Assembly: GCA_966244135.1 (NCBI GenBank)
Contig: CBIMJO010000001.1
Location: 1 to 35,982 of the forward strand
Direction: 5' to 3'
Length of the DNA: 35,982 nucleotides
From: an uncultured Actinocrispum sp.
GTDB taxonomy: Bacteria; Actinomycetota; Actinomycetes; Mycobacteriales; Pseudonocardiaceae
Numbering within the stretch: the stretch's first letter is position 1; each line of letters starts with the position of its first letter. Positions 35,558 through 35,982 of the stretch are shown here, piece by piece. The notes beneath the pieces are model-generated. The model had not been told where the DNA came from, ran no database searches, and saw only the letters and a list, made by a program, of their open reading frames with translations. The position numbers and the translations under genes are program-made.

Positions 35558-35982
35558 ATGGGCACCAGCCGCGCCATCGACACGGTGGACGATCTTCGCC
35601 GCCACCTGCAGTGGGCGATCGAGCTCGAGCATTCGACGATTCCGCCGTATCTGTGCGCGCTGTACTCGTTGGATCCCGCGCGCAATGCCGACGCCATCCA
35701 GGTGGTCGGCAGTGTGTTCGCCGAGGAGATGTTGCATCTGGGCCTGGCCGCGAACCTGCTCAACGCCGTGGGCGGAACGCCGAAGGTCGACACACCGGAG
35801 CTGCTGCCGGCCTACCCGCACCCACTCCCCCACGGCGACAAGTCCCTGCACGTCAACCTGCTCCCGTTCGGTCCGGAGGCGCTGGAGCTGTTCCTGCGCA
35901 TCGAGAAGCCCGAGTCGGCCGGCGCACCACCGCTGCGGCGGTTTCGTCGGAATATTCATGCTCCTGTGGTCCGTAGAACGGC
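35558..35982 (+). CDS. Ferritin-like domain protein (VioB C-terminal-like), partial and possibly disrupted
   Basis: Not in the ORF track. Manual translation from ATG 35558: LRRHLQWAIELEHSTIPPYLCALYS...EEMLHLGLAANLLNAVGGTP...LFLRIEKP; open to the window end. Confidence 0.85.
   Translation, partial: MGTSRAIDTVDDLRRHLQWAIELEHSTIPPYLCALYSLDPARNADAIQVVGSVFAEEMLHLGLAANLLNAVGGTPKVDTPELLPAYPHPLPHGDKSLHVNLLPFGPEALELFLRIEKPESAGAPPLRRFRRNIHAPVVRRT

Noticed and set aside
35552-35959. 135-aa minus-strand ORF at the right edge
   Set aside because: Antisense to the ferritin-like gene, and the AGGAG lies only 1 nt from the ATG, too close for an RBS.

Overview
High-GC actinomycete DNA (Pseudonocardiaceae-like by inference) forming a regulator-rich accessory region with about 27 intact genes, one probable pseudogene remnant and partial genes at both edges. 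I saw no rRNA, tRNA, transposase or cas genes. Left to right: CocE/NonD hydrolase (partial), TetR, GAF-LuxR, acyl-CoA synthetase, Tat-exported esterase, GAF-PP2C phosphatase, small Cys/His-rich protein, a JAB/MPN + NTF2-like + VOC operon divergent from LysR + VOC, a 58-bp palindrome, a Pls/PosA-family membrane NRPS translationally coupled to a SET-domain methyltransferase below a PucR regulator, a two-component system, MFS pump, Tat amidohydrolase, AAA-LuxR regulator, HTH-STAND-WD40 sensor, tannase/feruloyl esterase, alpha/beta hydrolase, TetR/SDR, siderophore-interacting protein, MgtC, an LRR protein and a ferritin-like gene (partial). The three best novelty candidates are (1) the SET + Pls-like synthetase operon, possibly making an N-methylated poly(amino acid); (2) an in-frame array of 13 palindromic 19-bp cores with 14-bp variable spacers inside the AAA-LuxR gene; and (3) an atypical JAB protein in a small-molecule-type operon with no ubiquitin-like partner. 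All family calls come from reading motifs by eye; no database search was run.
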